Assembly (NCBI RefSeq): GCF_009914755.1
Contig: NC_060925.1
Reading direction: 5' to 3' (one strand)
DNA from: the human T2T-CHM13v2.0 reference genome, Homo sapiens
DNA: 64,000 nucleotides
Shown here: piece after piece, positions 32,221 to 44,063 of the stretch
How positions within the stretch are numbered: the first letter of the stretch is position 1
How the letters are laid out: every line of letters starts with the position of its first letter
The notes under the pieces: generated by a model
The model's input: the letters and a program-made list of their open reading frames with translations, nothing else
What the model was told of the DNA's origin: nothing
Databases searched by the model: none
Program-made: the position numbers and the translations under genes

Positions 32221-33180
32221 TGGAGTGTGAGGGAGAGGACGGGGTGTGAGGGAGAAGATGGCATGTGAAGAAGAGGATGGGGTGTGAGGGAGAGGCTGGG
32301 GTGTGAGGGAGAGGATGGGGTGTGAGGGAGAGGATGGGGTGTGAGGGAGAGGATGGGGTGTGTGGGAGAGGCTGGGGTATGGGAGAGGATGGGGTGTGAG
32401 GGAGAGGATGGGGTGTGAGGGAGAAGATGGGATGTGAGGGAGAAGATGGGGTGTGAGGGAGAAGATGGGATGTGAGGGAGAAGATGGGGTGTGAGGGAGA
32501 GGATGGGGTGTGAGGGAGAGGCTGGGGTGTGAGGGAGAGGAGGGATGTGGGAAAGGATGGGGTGGGAGGGAGAGGATGAGGTGTGAGGGAGAAGATGGGA
32601 TGTGTGGGAGAAGATGGGGTGTGAGGGAGAGGCTGGGGTGTGAGGGAGAGGAGGGGTGTGGGAGAGGATGGGGTGGGAGGGAGAGGAGGGCGTGTGTGAG
32701 GGTAGGAAGGGGTTTGTGGGAGGGAGGAGGGGGTATGTGGGGGAGGGGGAGCGGTACGTCGGTGGGGGGTGTGTGTGGGAGATGACTGGGATGTGAGAAA
32801 GAGGGTGGGGTCTGAGTGAGAGGCTGGGGGTGAGGTAGAGGAGGGGGTGAGGGTAGGAGGGGACATGGGAGGAGGGGGTCTGTGGGGGAGGGGAGAAGGT
32901 GTGAGGGGGAGGAGGGGGTGTGTGGGGGAGATGATTGGGGTGTGAGAGAGGATGGGGACTAACAAAGAGGATGGTATATGAGGGAGAGGCTGGGGTGTGA
33001 GGGACAGGAGGGGGTGTATTGAGAGGGGTGTGGGGGGCCGGGAGTAGGAGGAGAGGGAGGAGAGGTGTGGGGGGGAAGGGGGGAGGGGCTGTGGGGGGGA
33101 CGGAGGAGAGGGTGTGTTGGGGAGAGGTGAGAGGGGGAGTGTTGGGGAAGGGTGTGAGCGAGACGGGGTGTGAGGGGGGA
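32221..33180. repeat. G/purine-rich minisatellite, 19-bp unit GGGGTGTGAGGGAGAGGAT, degenerating toward its 3' end
   Basis: Over 20 near-regular tandem units in 32221-32670, then degenerate G-rich units. Confidence 0.95.
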
Positions 33181-34317
33181 GGACTGTCTCAGGGCAGAGA
33201 GAGTCCTGCCAGGGCTGCTGGTGAGGCACCTGCTGCTCTTCACCCTGCCTCTGACCGGGCACTCCCTGAGGGAGAGGGAGGGCATGGCAGATACCAAAAC
33301 TGGGAGGGGAGAGAGAGAGGTGAAGGAAACTGACAGTCATTGAGCAACATGGTGTGCCAAGAACTTCACATGCCTTATCTCACTTCATCTTCACAATAAT
33401 CCACGAGGTAGTAGGTATTATTAGCCCCTTTTTACAGTCATTCAACAAATACTTAGTGAGTACACTGCTCTTGTACTGGAGGTAAAGCAGTGAGCAAAAC
33501 TGACCAACAGTCTTGCCTTCATGGGGCTCATATTCTAGTGGGAAGCAGGCAAAGAAACGATATAGAAATAAGGTGTACAGTATTTTAGATGGTGGGAAAT
33601 ACTAGAGAAAAATAAAGCAGGAATGGAAGTTAGAGAGGGGCTGCCATTTGAGATTGGGAAAGACCTTCATGGGAAGGTGACATTTAAGTAAAAACCTAAA
33701 GGAAATCAGGGAAGGCCCTGCTGATATCTTGGGGAAGAGCCTTCCAGGCAGAGGAAACAGCCAGTGCAAAAGCTCTGAGGTGGGATCCAAATGCAGGAAA
33801 GATGCCTGTGTTAAAGAAGTGGGAAATATGAGAGATGAAGTAAGAAAGAGAAATCTGAATCATGGGAGTGTTGGAGGTCACTCTAGGAATGGAGGATTTG
33901 GAGCAGAGGAGTGACTTCAGTTTTAAAGGATCCTTCTAGCTGCCTTGATGAGAATAGACTGTTGCAAGGCAGTCCGATTGGGAGGCTATTGTGACCTACA
34001 GGAGAGATGATTGTGACCTGGACCACGGTGGAAGCAGTGGAGGTGGTAAGAAAGCGTCAAGTTCAGGGTATATTCTGAAGGGAGAGCTAACAGGTTTGCT
34101 GCCAGCACAGGTGTGAGTATGAGAGAAAGAGAGTAATTTAGGCCAACTAAAAGTGTGTAGCCTGAGAAACTGGAAGAATGAAGATGCCATTTACCAAGAT
34201 GGAGAAATGACTGCAAGAAGAGCAGGTTTTAGGAGCATTATGAACTCAAGTTTAAACATGCAGAGTTTGAGATGCCTCTTAGACATCCAAGTGTAGCTAT
34301 CAAGAAGGCAGGGGAAG

Positions 34318-34642
34318 GGCCAGGTGTGGTGGTTCACACCTGTAATCCCAGCACTTTGGGAGGCTAAGGTGGGCAGATCACCTGAGGCCAGGGGTTTGAG
34401 ACCATCCTGGCTAACATGGCAGAACTCCATCTCCACTAAAAATACAAAAATTAGCTGGGTGTGGTGGTGCGTGCCTGTAATCACAGCTACTCAGGAGGCT
34501 GAGGCAGAAGAATCTCTTGAACCCGGGAGGCAGAGGTTGCATGTAACGTGAACCAAGATCGCACCACTGTACTCCAGCCTGGACGACAGAGTAAGATTCT
34601 GTCTCAAAATAAATAAATAAATAAATAAAATAAAAATACAAA
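34318..34642 (+). mobile_element. Alu with (TAAA)n tail, TSD AAGAAGGCAGGGGAA
   Basis: TSD copies at 34302-34316 and 34643-34657. Confidence 0.92.
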
Positions 34643-34930
34643 AAGAAGGCAGGGGAATATAGCAGTGTGTGGGGTTCAGGGAAGAGGTCCAGACTATGAA
34701 AATGGATGAGATCACCAAATAAGTGAATATGGATGGAGGAGAGAAGCTGGGACTGAGCCCAGAGAATGGCCCACACTTGGTGTGGGACATTGAGGGAGCA
34801 ACTGCAGAAAGGAATGAGAAAGAGGAGTGCCCATTGCAACATTAGGAAATCCAGGAAAATGTGATATTCTGGAAACCAAAGAAAGTATTACAAAAGGAGT
34901 AATTAACTGTGTAATATGTTGCTGGTAGGC

Positions 34931-35059
34931 AGGATGATTGTATAAGTTACTATACAAACTAGGGCACTTTTGAGAGTGAAAATGGACAAGATTAATTACT
35001 CCAGGATAAGACACATAAACCAACATTGTCCCAGGCAAATCACAATGTATGGTTACTCT
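34931..35059. mobile_element. MER94-like hAT MITE
   Basis: GGGCACTTTTGAGAGTGAAA...TGTCCCAGGCAAA...GTATGGTTACTCT. Confidence 0.6.
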
Positions 35060-36268
35060 GTTGATAGGTTAAGTAAAGAATTGACCATTGGATTTAGCAG
35101 CATGAAAGTAATACGTGACCTTAAAGGATCATTGGTATGGATTCAAGAGAAATGGGAGGAGAGAGATTGGAGACAGGCAAATGTAGATAACTCTTTGAAG
35201 GAGTGTTTCTGTAAAGAGATGGAGATAAAATGAATAGGTGGTCACTATATGGGTGATAGTTGTACTGTTCTTTTAACTTTTCTGTATGAATGTTTTCATA
35301 ATGTAAAGTTAGAAGAGTGCAAATTTTAAAACCTTAAAAAAGAAGAGAGAAGGGGTTTAATATGGATAAACAACGTATTTGTTTGCCTATGGGGATAATC
35401 CAGAAATGAGATGATGTAAGAGTGAAGACTTCCTGGAGCAGTGTCCTTTAGTAAATGAAAAAGATAAGGTCTAGGGCACAAAAGTTGGCCTTAGTTACAA
35501 ATATGGGCAGTTCAAACATAAAGTAGAGAATATAGGCACAAATGCACGCAAGTAGTGATACGCAGCTTGTAAACATTCTGTTCTGTTTGTTTCACATATT
35601 TCAGTACCATGGTAAACAAGGTTATCTATGGGAACAAGAATGAGGGAGGTGTTGGAATTGTAGAGAGAAAAGAGAAAGTATGAGTAGTCATCCAGGAGAA
35701 TGGAAGAATGACTGAGCTGATAACATATATGATTGCCAGGAAGCATAAGGGCCTCACTGGTATTTTGAGTGAGACCAGCCAGCAACCAGCATGGTTTTTC
35801 TCCAGCCAGACATATTCAGCTGTGTAGGTACATCCCCAGAGTAGGTAGGAATTTCGATTTAATCAAAGCTGTGTTTCCCCCAAATGAGAAAGGAACAAAG
35901 AAGCTGAGGGTGAATGCAAAGAAGTGATTATAATGATTGATTTGGAATTTAAGCTGGATGAGAATTGCAGTAAGAATATAAGGAAGTAAAGGACAGTGAA
36001 AAGACGGTCAAACCAATGGCTTGATGATTTCAGTGTGTTGAGGATTGTACGAGTTTAGCTACGACAGCAGGTGAGCTATAGATACATGGAGGCAGTCAGG
36101 GAGTGAGCTTGAGACTGACATTAGAGAGGGCTTTAGTTATTAGCAGCGACCTAGTTTAACATATAATTTAGGAGTAAATAGCTGAGATAGGAAAGAGATT
36201 AAGATCACTGGAGGAGGGGAGGCCAAGGCAGGCCTGCCTTGGAGTTTACCACTTTCTATGTTTGGAAG

Positions 36269-36622
36269 TGATATTGTTTGGCTTTGTCCACACCCATATT
36301 TCATCTTGAATTGTAATCCCCATAAACCCCACGTGTCATGGGAGGAACCTGGTGGGAAGTGATTGGATCATGGGGGGTTTCCCCCATGCTGTTCTCATGA
36401 TAGTGAATGGTTTTATAAGCATCTGGCATTTCCCCTGCTTGTACTCACTCTCTCCTGCCACCTTGTGAAGAAGGTGCCTGCTCCTGTTTCACCTTCCGCC
36501 ATGATTGTGTTTCCTGAGGCCTCCCCAGCCATGCAGAACTGTGAGTTGATTAAACCTCTTTCCTTTATAAATGACCCAGTCTTGGGTATTTCTTTATAGC
36601 AGCGTGAGAACAGACTAATACA
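36269..36622 (+). mobile_element. Solo MaLR LTR (THE1-like)
   Basis: TGATATTGTTTGGCT...GAACAGACTAATACA with a near 5-bp TSD GGAAG/TGAAG. Confidence 0.9.
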
Positions 36623-36712
36623 TGAAGAAAATTCATCTCTCCTGTTTCCTGCTTTTTGATAAAAGAATACACAAAAAATACTGCACCTGATGATAATTGC
36701 TTTAGAATTTCT

Positions 36713-36718
36713 CTTCTT

Positions 36719-36749
<31 letters not shown>

Positions 36750-36772
36750 TTATTATTATTATTATTATTATT
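36713..36772. repeat. Compound microsatellite (CTT)12(ATT)8 at an Alu tail
   Basis: Counted directly from the sequence. Confidence 0.95.
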
Positions 36773-37081
<309 letters not shown>

Positions 37082-38749
37082 TGAGCCTATAGTTGAACAG
37101 GGAGATATCTGTCAAGGAAGGGGGTACTAGACTTGCCAAGCACAGGGATCATAAATGATTTGTGGCCCTAGAACATCAAGACTGGAAGAAAAGCAGCTCA
37201 AGTCATAGAGCAGACCCTGAGGGGAGAGAGCCAGTCAAGCATCGGGATTGAGGCTCTTAGCTGTCAGGTATAAAAGATTCAGTCCATAGAGGCCATCGTA
37301 AGGTACTGTGGCAGGAAAGGCTAGAGATTTGGGCCTGAGTCAGTAATGTGGAGCTGCTGAAGATCTTCCAATGAAGGGACAAGATAGGCTGGGACTTGCT
37401 TATCTCCATAACTTTACCAGGTAATGGCAGTACTATGGCCTGGAAAGGTGTCATGTGTCTAGAATGACCTACAGCAAGTCTCTGGTCCTCCTTCCTGGTG
37501 GTTGGCTGGATGGCCATGGGGTGCTCATTGCATGTGGATGGACGAATGTGAAAGAGGAATGCTGCAGCCCAGTAGTTATGGTTGTGACAGGTCCCTATCC
37601 AGTGGGCAGGGCCCATTGTTGTAGCTATTCATTCATTCATTCATTACCTATAATATGCTAGGTGCTGTTCTAGGTACTAGGCATGTGATGTTAAAGACAA
37701 GGCATGGTGATAAAACTGTCACCTCAGCTCGCCCAGGAGGCGAGCAGAGGTGAAAAATGGCAGAAATAGTAGGAATACCAGCCTCTGCGTTTGTATGGGG
37801 GCTGGAATTCTTATTGTGGGACAGTTCTCCCTATGCATCTCGACAATAGTCTGTGACAGGTTTCTATCACTAGCTTGACCCATCCCATTTGATCAGGTGT
37901 TCAGAGAGAGAGGATTCTGCCCCTACAGCCTCACCCAAGGTCTCCAAAGTCAGGAACAATGTTTGAGCCCCTGGACTGAAGAAGGCAGCTATAGTATTTT
38001 CCTGTAGGAACAGAGTCCCCAGCTAGGACTAAGGGGGACCTGCATGGGAAATTCCAGGAGCAGTCTGCATTCATGCATTGCCCAGTCTGGGGCGATGATG
38101 ATGATTGTGATGTCATCTAGCCACGTGGGTGCAGGGTCTTCTGACTTCCCTGGTCAGCAGAGTTGGCTCACCCTTCTCACTTCCCTGCAGAGAAACACAC
38201 AGAGGCCACATTCAGGACCCCAGAGATAGCAAACAAGCAGATAGGTCTCCCCTTAGTCTGTGACTTGGATGCTCTTCATTGAAGAAAAGACAGATGGAAT
38301 AGGTTTAGGGGAAGATAATGGGCTCCTTTTTTGATGTGTTGAGCCTAGGTGCCAGTAGGAGATCTTGGACAAGATACTCCAGGTGCAGTTGGATATATAA
38401 GTCTTGAGCTCCGGATACAGGTCTAAGTTTGAGATGGAGATTCAGCAGCCCCCAGTTAGAAATATGTGTCTGGATATCTGGAACTTGAACCCTCCTGTAA
38501 ACAGTCGCATTTTCCAGCCTTTTCTTTATAAAACCTGCCTGGGACTGTAAGCAATGATTGGATGCAGAGCAGATAGTGGTCAGCAATGACTGCCCTTGTG
38601 CCCCTTCCCTGAAGGTAGAGGGTCTCATCTCACAGAACAGCATCTGCTCATTCTCTGTCATGTTGTCTCACTCCTTAGCAGAGGAAAAAAGATGGCTGAA
38701 ACCTTCCCTTCCAGGAATCCCATTTCTAGGGGTTCAGAAAGTAATGTAT

Positions 38750-39090
38750 CTGTATTAATTTCCTGTGGCTGCCCTAACAGATGATTCCCTCACAGTTCTG
38801 GTGGACAGAAGTTCAAAGTCAGTATTCCTGGACTGAAATCAAGGTGTTAGCAGGGCTGGGCTCCCTCCAGATGCTCTAGGTCATATCCGTCTCTCGCCTC
38901 TTCTGCCTCTGGCGACTGCTAGCATCTCTTGTCTCGTGGCCGCATCTCTCCAGTCTTGACCTGTGGTCACATTGCCTTTTCGTCTGTGTGTGGTCAAATC
39001 TCTCTCCACCTCTCTCCTCTAAGGATTCACAATGGTGTTAGGGCTCACCTAGATAATCCAGGATTATATCCTCATCTCAAAATCTTACTT
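38750..39090 (-). mobile_element. MLT1-type MaLR LTR
   Basis: TGTATTAATTTCCTGTGGCTGCC...CACAGTTCTGG...CAAGGTGTTAGCAGGGC...GATAATCCAGGAT...ATCTCAAAATCTTA. Confidence 0.75.
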
Positions 39091-40820
39091 TAGGAAGTGT
39101 ACATCCTACCAGAAAAACACAAGCAATAAACAACTAAGAAGTAAAATATTTAGTAAATTACCACAAGATAAATGCCATGGGAAGAAAGAAAATATGGCAA
39201 GGTGACAGGAGCAAGTTGCATTATTAAATAGGATGGTGAGGGTTGGCCTCAAGGGAAATGAGAGATTTGAGTAAAGACTGGAAGGAGGCGAGGAATGAGC
39301 CAAATGTGTGTCTGAGGAAGAACATTCCAGGCAGAGGAAACAGCTCTAGTCAAGGCCCTAAGGCAGCAAGGAGTGTGGCTGGGGGACTGTGAACAGAGGG
39401 AGAGTAGTAGGAGATGAGACCAGAGAGGAAGTTGGGGTGAGGGAGATCATAGATGGCCTTATAGGCTGTTGTAAGGATGTCAGCCTTTACTCTGAGATAG
39501 GAAGACATTGCCCATGTGGAAATATTGATCTTTGATAGAAGAATGGAATTTTGCTCAGTTTTATCAAGAGGGAAGAGCAGACACGGTAGTTTTGAATATT
39601 TGGTGGAAGGCAGATCTCTGATCTCACTTACCAAATATTTATTCAGCACCTTTTATGCTAGGCACAATTCTAAGTACTGGGGGGCATGACAGTGAACAGA
39701 ATGGGCAGCTCCTGTTCACATGGAGACCCTCCAGATAATTACACCCTCCAGATAATAACAAACAAGTGCACATGGGAGACAGGAAGCAATGCACAAAGAG
39801 TGATACGTGCTTACAGAGAAAACAAGAGAAGATGACATGTTAGAGAATGACTGCGGCAGGAAACCCACTTTAGACAGAAGAGTCAGAGAAGACGTCCCTG
39901 AGGAGGTGACATTTCAACAGAAATCTGAATGAAAACATAGAACCAGCCTTGGAAAGATGCAGAGCCGTTGTGGAAAGGTCCAGACTCAGAAAAAGGCTTG
40001 TATTTAAGGACTGGACAGAAGGCCAGTATGCTGTAACAGGGTGAGGAAGGAGGAGGATCTGGGGTGAGGTGAGACGTGAGCATTGGGCCCTTTAACCTGT
40101 GGTTTGGCTTTTTTTTGGAGACAGTGAGAAGGTTCGAACCTTCATGGCATGGTTGGCATGGTATGGTTGATGATTTATCATCCTGGCCTCCTCGAGAGAA
40201 TGGACTCTGAGAGAAAGACAAGAGCAGAAGCTGCACATTGACCATCATAGTGGTCCAGAAATGATTATTTGGACTAGGGCCGTAGCAGTGGAGAGAGGTA
40301 AGTGGGTGAATTTAGAATATGTTTAGTGATTGTATTAACAGGACTTGCTGATGAATTGGATGAGAGGCAGCCAAGAAAAAGAGATGAGTCAAGAATGACT
40401 CCAAGGGATACCATCCAGTTGGCAAGAGAGAGATTTGTTTGTAAAATAGGTGTTGCTCTTTGTGAGGATCTGGGAATATGGGACTAAAAGAGAAAAAAGA
40501 ATGACTCCTAGGTTTTGGCTTGATCAACTACATTAGCTTGGCCCCTGCCTTCCTCACCATCAAAGCCAGAGCCGCTGCTCCTGCACCGTGACCCTGCGTA
40601 TCACTGGTATTCTCACCACTGCTTTGAATCCCATCATACTCCTGTCCTTCCATCAAACCTGCTACAGCAGGGCCCAAACGTGGTTGGATCCATCTGACTT
40701 TTCCTGCTCCTACTTCTGGGCTGCTTGGCACCACTGCCTTGGCGACACACAAACACAGCCTTGGCGCTACTGTGGCTTCATGCTCTCCAGCCTCTGTGCA
40801 CAGCTTAGCAATCCTTGTCC

Positions 40821-41011
40821 CTGTCCCAGGGGAGCATGAATTGGTCTGGTTGGCCCTGGAAAATCCACATGGTGGAGGCTGTCACCCCAAGCTGCTCCTG
40901 TCTCTTGCAGCCCACAGGCATTTACGGAGCACCTGCTGTGTACTTGGCTGAGAGCTAGCGGTGCCACAAAGTCTGCTGGGGAACTGGGCAATAACATTAG
41001 CATGTGTTAAG
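40821..41011 (+). repeat. Copy 1 of a ~190-bp dispersed direct duplication
   Basis: Aligns to 42684-42876, with a 49-bp identical core at 40863-40911. Confidence 0.92.
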
Positions 41012-41744
41012 TGCTAAAAGGTCAGTGTGACTTACCATGGTGACTGTCCCAAATCTTTCCTATTCATAAGTCCCTACAGTCTACACCCTCACACTACAAC
41101 CCCAAATCTTCCCAAGGAAAAGAGTCGATGTGGTGAGCATTTTCTCAGGTTCTCCATACCTCTAAGCTCACCTGTCAGAGTAGCCATCTTCACATCCTCC
41201 TCCCTTTCCACGGAAAAGATATCCTGTCTTCTGTCTTCCTCCCCTCATACTCTGGATCTATCCCCTTCCTCTCCTCCCGGGCTTCATTCCACTGTTACGC
41301 TGGCTGTCACCTACCCCCTCCCTCTCTCCGCTTGTCTCCTTTCCATCTGAATACAAACATCTCAGTTCTTCACCATCCCACTTCATCTCCAGCCTCCATT
41401 CCACTTCTGTCCTCTCCTTCACTACCAAGTCTCTTTAGAAATTGTCTGATCTCTGTCTTGAACACTTGCTCACTTCTTTCCCTCCTCAACCCCTGCAGTT
41501 GGTTCTGTCCTCTCCATTCCCCAATAGTGTGTTCCCTAAGGGGCCAGTGACTTTCATGTATTACCAGAAGCAATGCGGTTAATACGAACGAGGATATAAA
41601 TAGTGCCCATCCTGAGGTCACTGTGAGATTAAATACGAAAATGGAGAGAGCACTTAGAACAGTGCCAGGAATGCAGTAAGAACTCAGTTGTCATTGCTAT
41701 TATTACTGTTGTTATTATTGTGACGTTGATCATGTATTTCATAA

Positions 41745-42122
<378 letters not shown>

Positions 42123-42409
42123 TGACTAGCACAGAGCCTGAGATAAGCTGGGGCTTAGCACATATTAGAGACACAGACGGTAGATGCTGGTCACCAACAG
42201 GACCATGCCTTTGGGCTTTGGGTTATGTGGCCTCTGCAGACAATCTGGCCATCAACCAGGCTCTTCCTGAGGCAGGGGCGCCTGCCTGACATGGCAGCTT
42301 CTCAGCACACAGTTTCCTCCCCTACGTTCCCCACTTCCCTCCCTCCTTCCTCTACACAAGGCACAGGCTGTCAGCAGAGTCAGTGGGAGCCTGTCAGCAG
42401 GAGCCCAGG

Positions 42410-42428
42410 CACTGCCCCCTTGAGGGCC
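42410..42428 (-). promoter_or_regulatory. Candidate CTCF motif GGCCCTCAAGGGGGCAGTG
   Basis: Visual match to the CTCF core CCNNNAGGGGGC(A/G)(C/G)T. Not scored. Confidence 0.35.
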
Positions 42429-42683
42429 TCTGGCTCAGCCTCTCCTCTCCTCCTTCAGCACAGGCCTCCCTGCCTGTCACACATGTCATGCATGTGGCTC
42501 CAGCTTGTCTGGACACGGATGTGGCCACAGTTCCTAGGCAGGCGGGGTGGGGGCAGTAGCTGGCAGTATTTCAGAATGGGGGGTGGGGGTGTCTGTGAAC
42601 ATTGGAAACATCACTGGAAGCCTGGTGCTTTGGAACAGGGAGATCAAAGTGTCCATGAGGATCACACAGAGGCGGTCCCCAGA

Positions 42684-42876
42684 CTGCCACAGGTGAGCAG
42701 GAATTGGCCTGGATTAGCCCTGGAAGATCCACATGGTGGAGGCTGTCACCCCAAGCTGCTCCTGTCTCTTGCAGCTCACAGGCATTTGCTGAGCACCTGC
42801 TATGTGCTTGGCTGCAAGCCGGGGGGTGCTACACAGCCTGCGGGGGAACTGGGCAATAACATTAGCATGTGCTAAG
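42684..42876 (+). repeat. Copy 2 of the ~190-bp dispersed direct duplication
   Basis: Aligns to 40821-41011, with the identical core at 42727-42775. Confidence 0.92.
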
Positions 42877-43396
42877 AGGTCACTGTGCACAAAGAACACT
42901 GATGACCCAGAGGAGGGTTTGGTCAGCCCTGTGTGGCTCAGGGAAGACCTCAGAGAGGTAGAGATGCTGCAGTTCAGTCTTGAGGAATGAGCAGAAGTTC
43001 AGCATGTGAATGATAAGGAGACGAGAACCCCAGGCAGAGGGAACAGTGGTATAGAGGCATGGAGGCGTTAAAGAGCCTGATAGACTCTGGAAATTATACA
43101 TAGTTGTACGGGGCTAAAGCATAGGGAAAGGGAGGAGAAGAGGGGGTATCTGAGGCTGGAGAGGTAGACAGGAGCCTTGTAAATCAGACTGAAGAGCTTA
43201 ACCTTTACCTTCTAGGTAGCAGTTGCAGTTGGTAATATCCCATGTCAAATGAATTCAAGCAAAAAGGAAATTGTATTAGTTTACATAACTGTGAAGTTCA
43301 GGACCTGAACTATCTTTAGGCCCACCTGAATCTAGGACTCAAACAGTGTCTTCCTCCCTGCAGCCATAGAAGATGGCTCCAGCTGTTCTAAGCTCG

Positions 43397-43600
43397 AAGT
43401 TGGCACATTGTTTTTCTTAAAGGGCCAGATAGTAGATGTTTTCGGCTTTGTGGGCCATATAGTCTCTGTCACAAGTCTCTACTGTTGTAGGTCAAAAGCA
43501 GCCATACATTGTTTAAATGAATAGGTGTGGCTGTATTCCAATAAAATAAAACTTTAGAAACAGGCAGCTGGCCTATAGGCTGTAGTTTGCCTGACCCTGT
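43397..43600. mobile_element. MER58A-like hAT-Charlie MITE
   Basis: AAAGGGCCAGATAGTAGATGTTTTCGGCTTTGTGGGCCATATAGTCTCTGTCACAA...GTGGCTGTATTCCAATAAAA...TAGTTTGCCTGACCCTG. Confidence 0.75.
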
Positions 43601-43728
43601 TCTGGGCTTGCATGGTTTGTATAGGTCACTATCTTAGAGAAAAAAAGAGACTCCCACAGCCCCCAGCGTCCAAATATGAAATCTCAGAGAAGACCATGGT
43701 GCATAGCACTTAGGTCAAGTGCCCATTC

Positions 43729-43730
43729 TT

Positions 43731-43769
<39 letters not shown>

Positions 43770-44063
43770 TTTTTGAGACAGGCTCTCACTCTGTTGCCCA
43801 GGCTGGAGTGCAGTGGCAAGATCATAGCTCACTGCAGCCTCGACCCTTCCAGGCTCAAGCGGTCCTCCTGCCTCAGCCTCCCAAGTAACTGGGACTACAG
43901 GCGTGCACTACCATGACTGGCTAAATTTTTCAATTTTATTTTTCATAATGACAGGGTCTCAGTGTGTTGCCTAGGCTGGTCTCAAACTCCTAGGTTCAAA
44001 CAGTTCTCCCACCTCAGCCTTCTAAAGTGCTGGGATTACAGGCATGAGCCACCGTGCCTGGCT
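43729..44063 (-). mobile_element. AluJ-like with (TTTA)n tail, TSD GTGCCCATTC
   Basis: About 10 TTTA units followed by the Alu body, with a direct repeat on both sides. Confidence 0.9.

Larger units (their letters stand above)
33440..35250. mobile_element. L2 relic interrupted by an Alu and MER94
   Basis: CATTCAACAAATACTTAGTGAG...GAAGAGCCTTCCAGGCAGAGGAAACAGCCAGTGCAAAAGCTCTGAGG...GAGTTTGAGATGCCTCTTAGACATCCAAGTG. Confidence 0.75.

Noticed and set aside
32221-32670. Possible CRISPR-like array
   Set aside because: The units are directly tandem with no unique spacers, and the context is a eukaryotic intron.
32159-33340. 393-aa Pro/Ser/His-rich ORF on the - strand
   Set aside because: It is the translation of the C-rich strand of the 19-bp minisatellite, which lacks stop codons by composition.
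42225-42875. 216-aa ORF sharing ALE.PHGGGCHPKLLLSLAAHRHL with ORF 40739-40951
   Set aside because: The shared peptide only reflects the DNA duplication. There is no recognisable domain and the C-terminal part overlaps an L2 tail.
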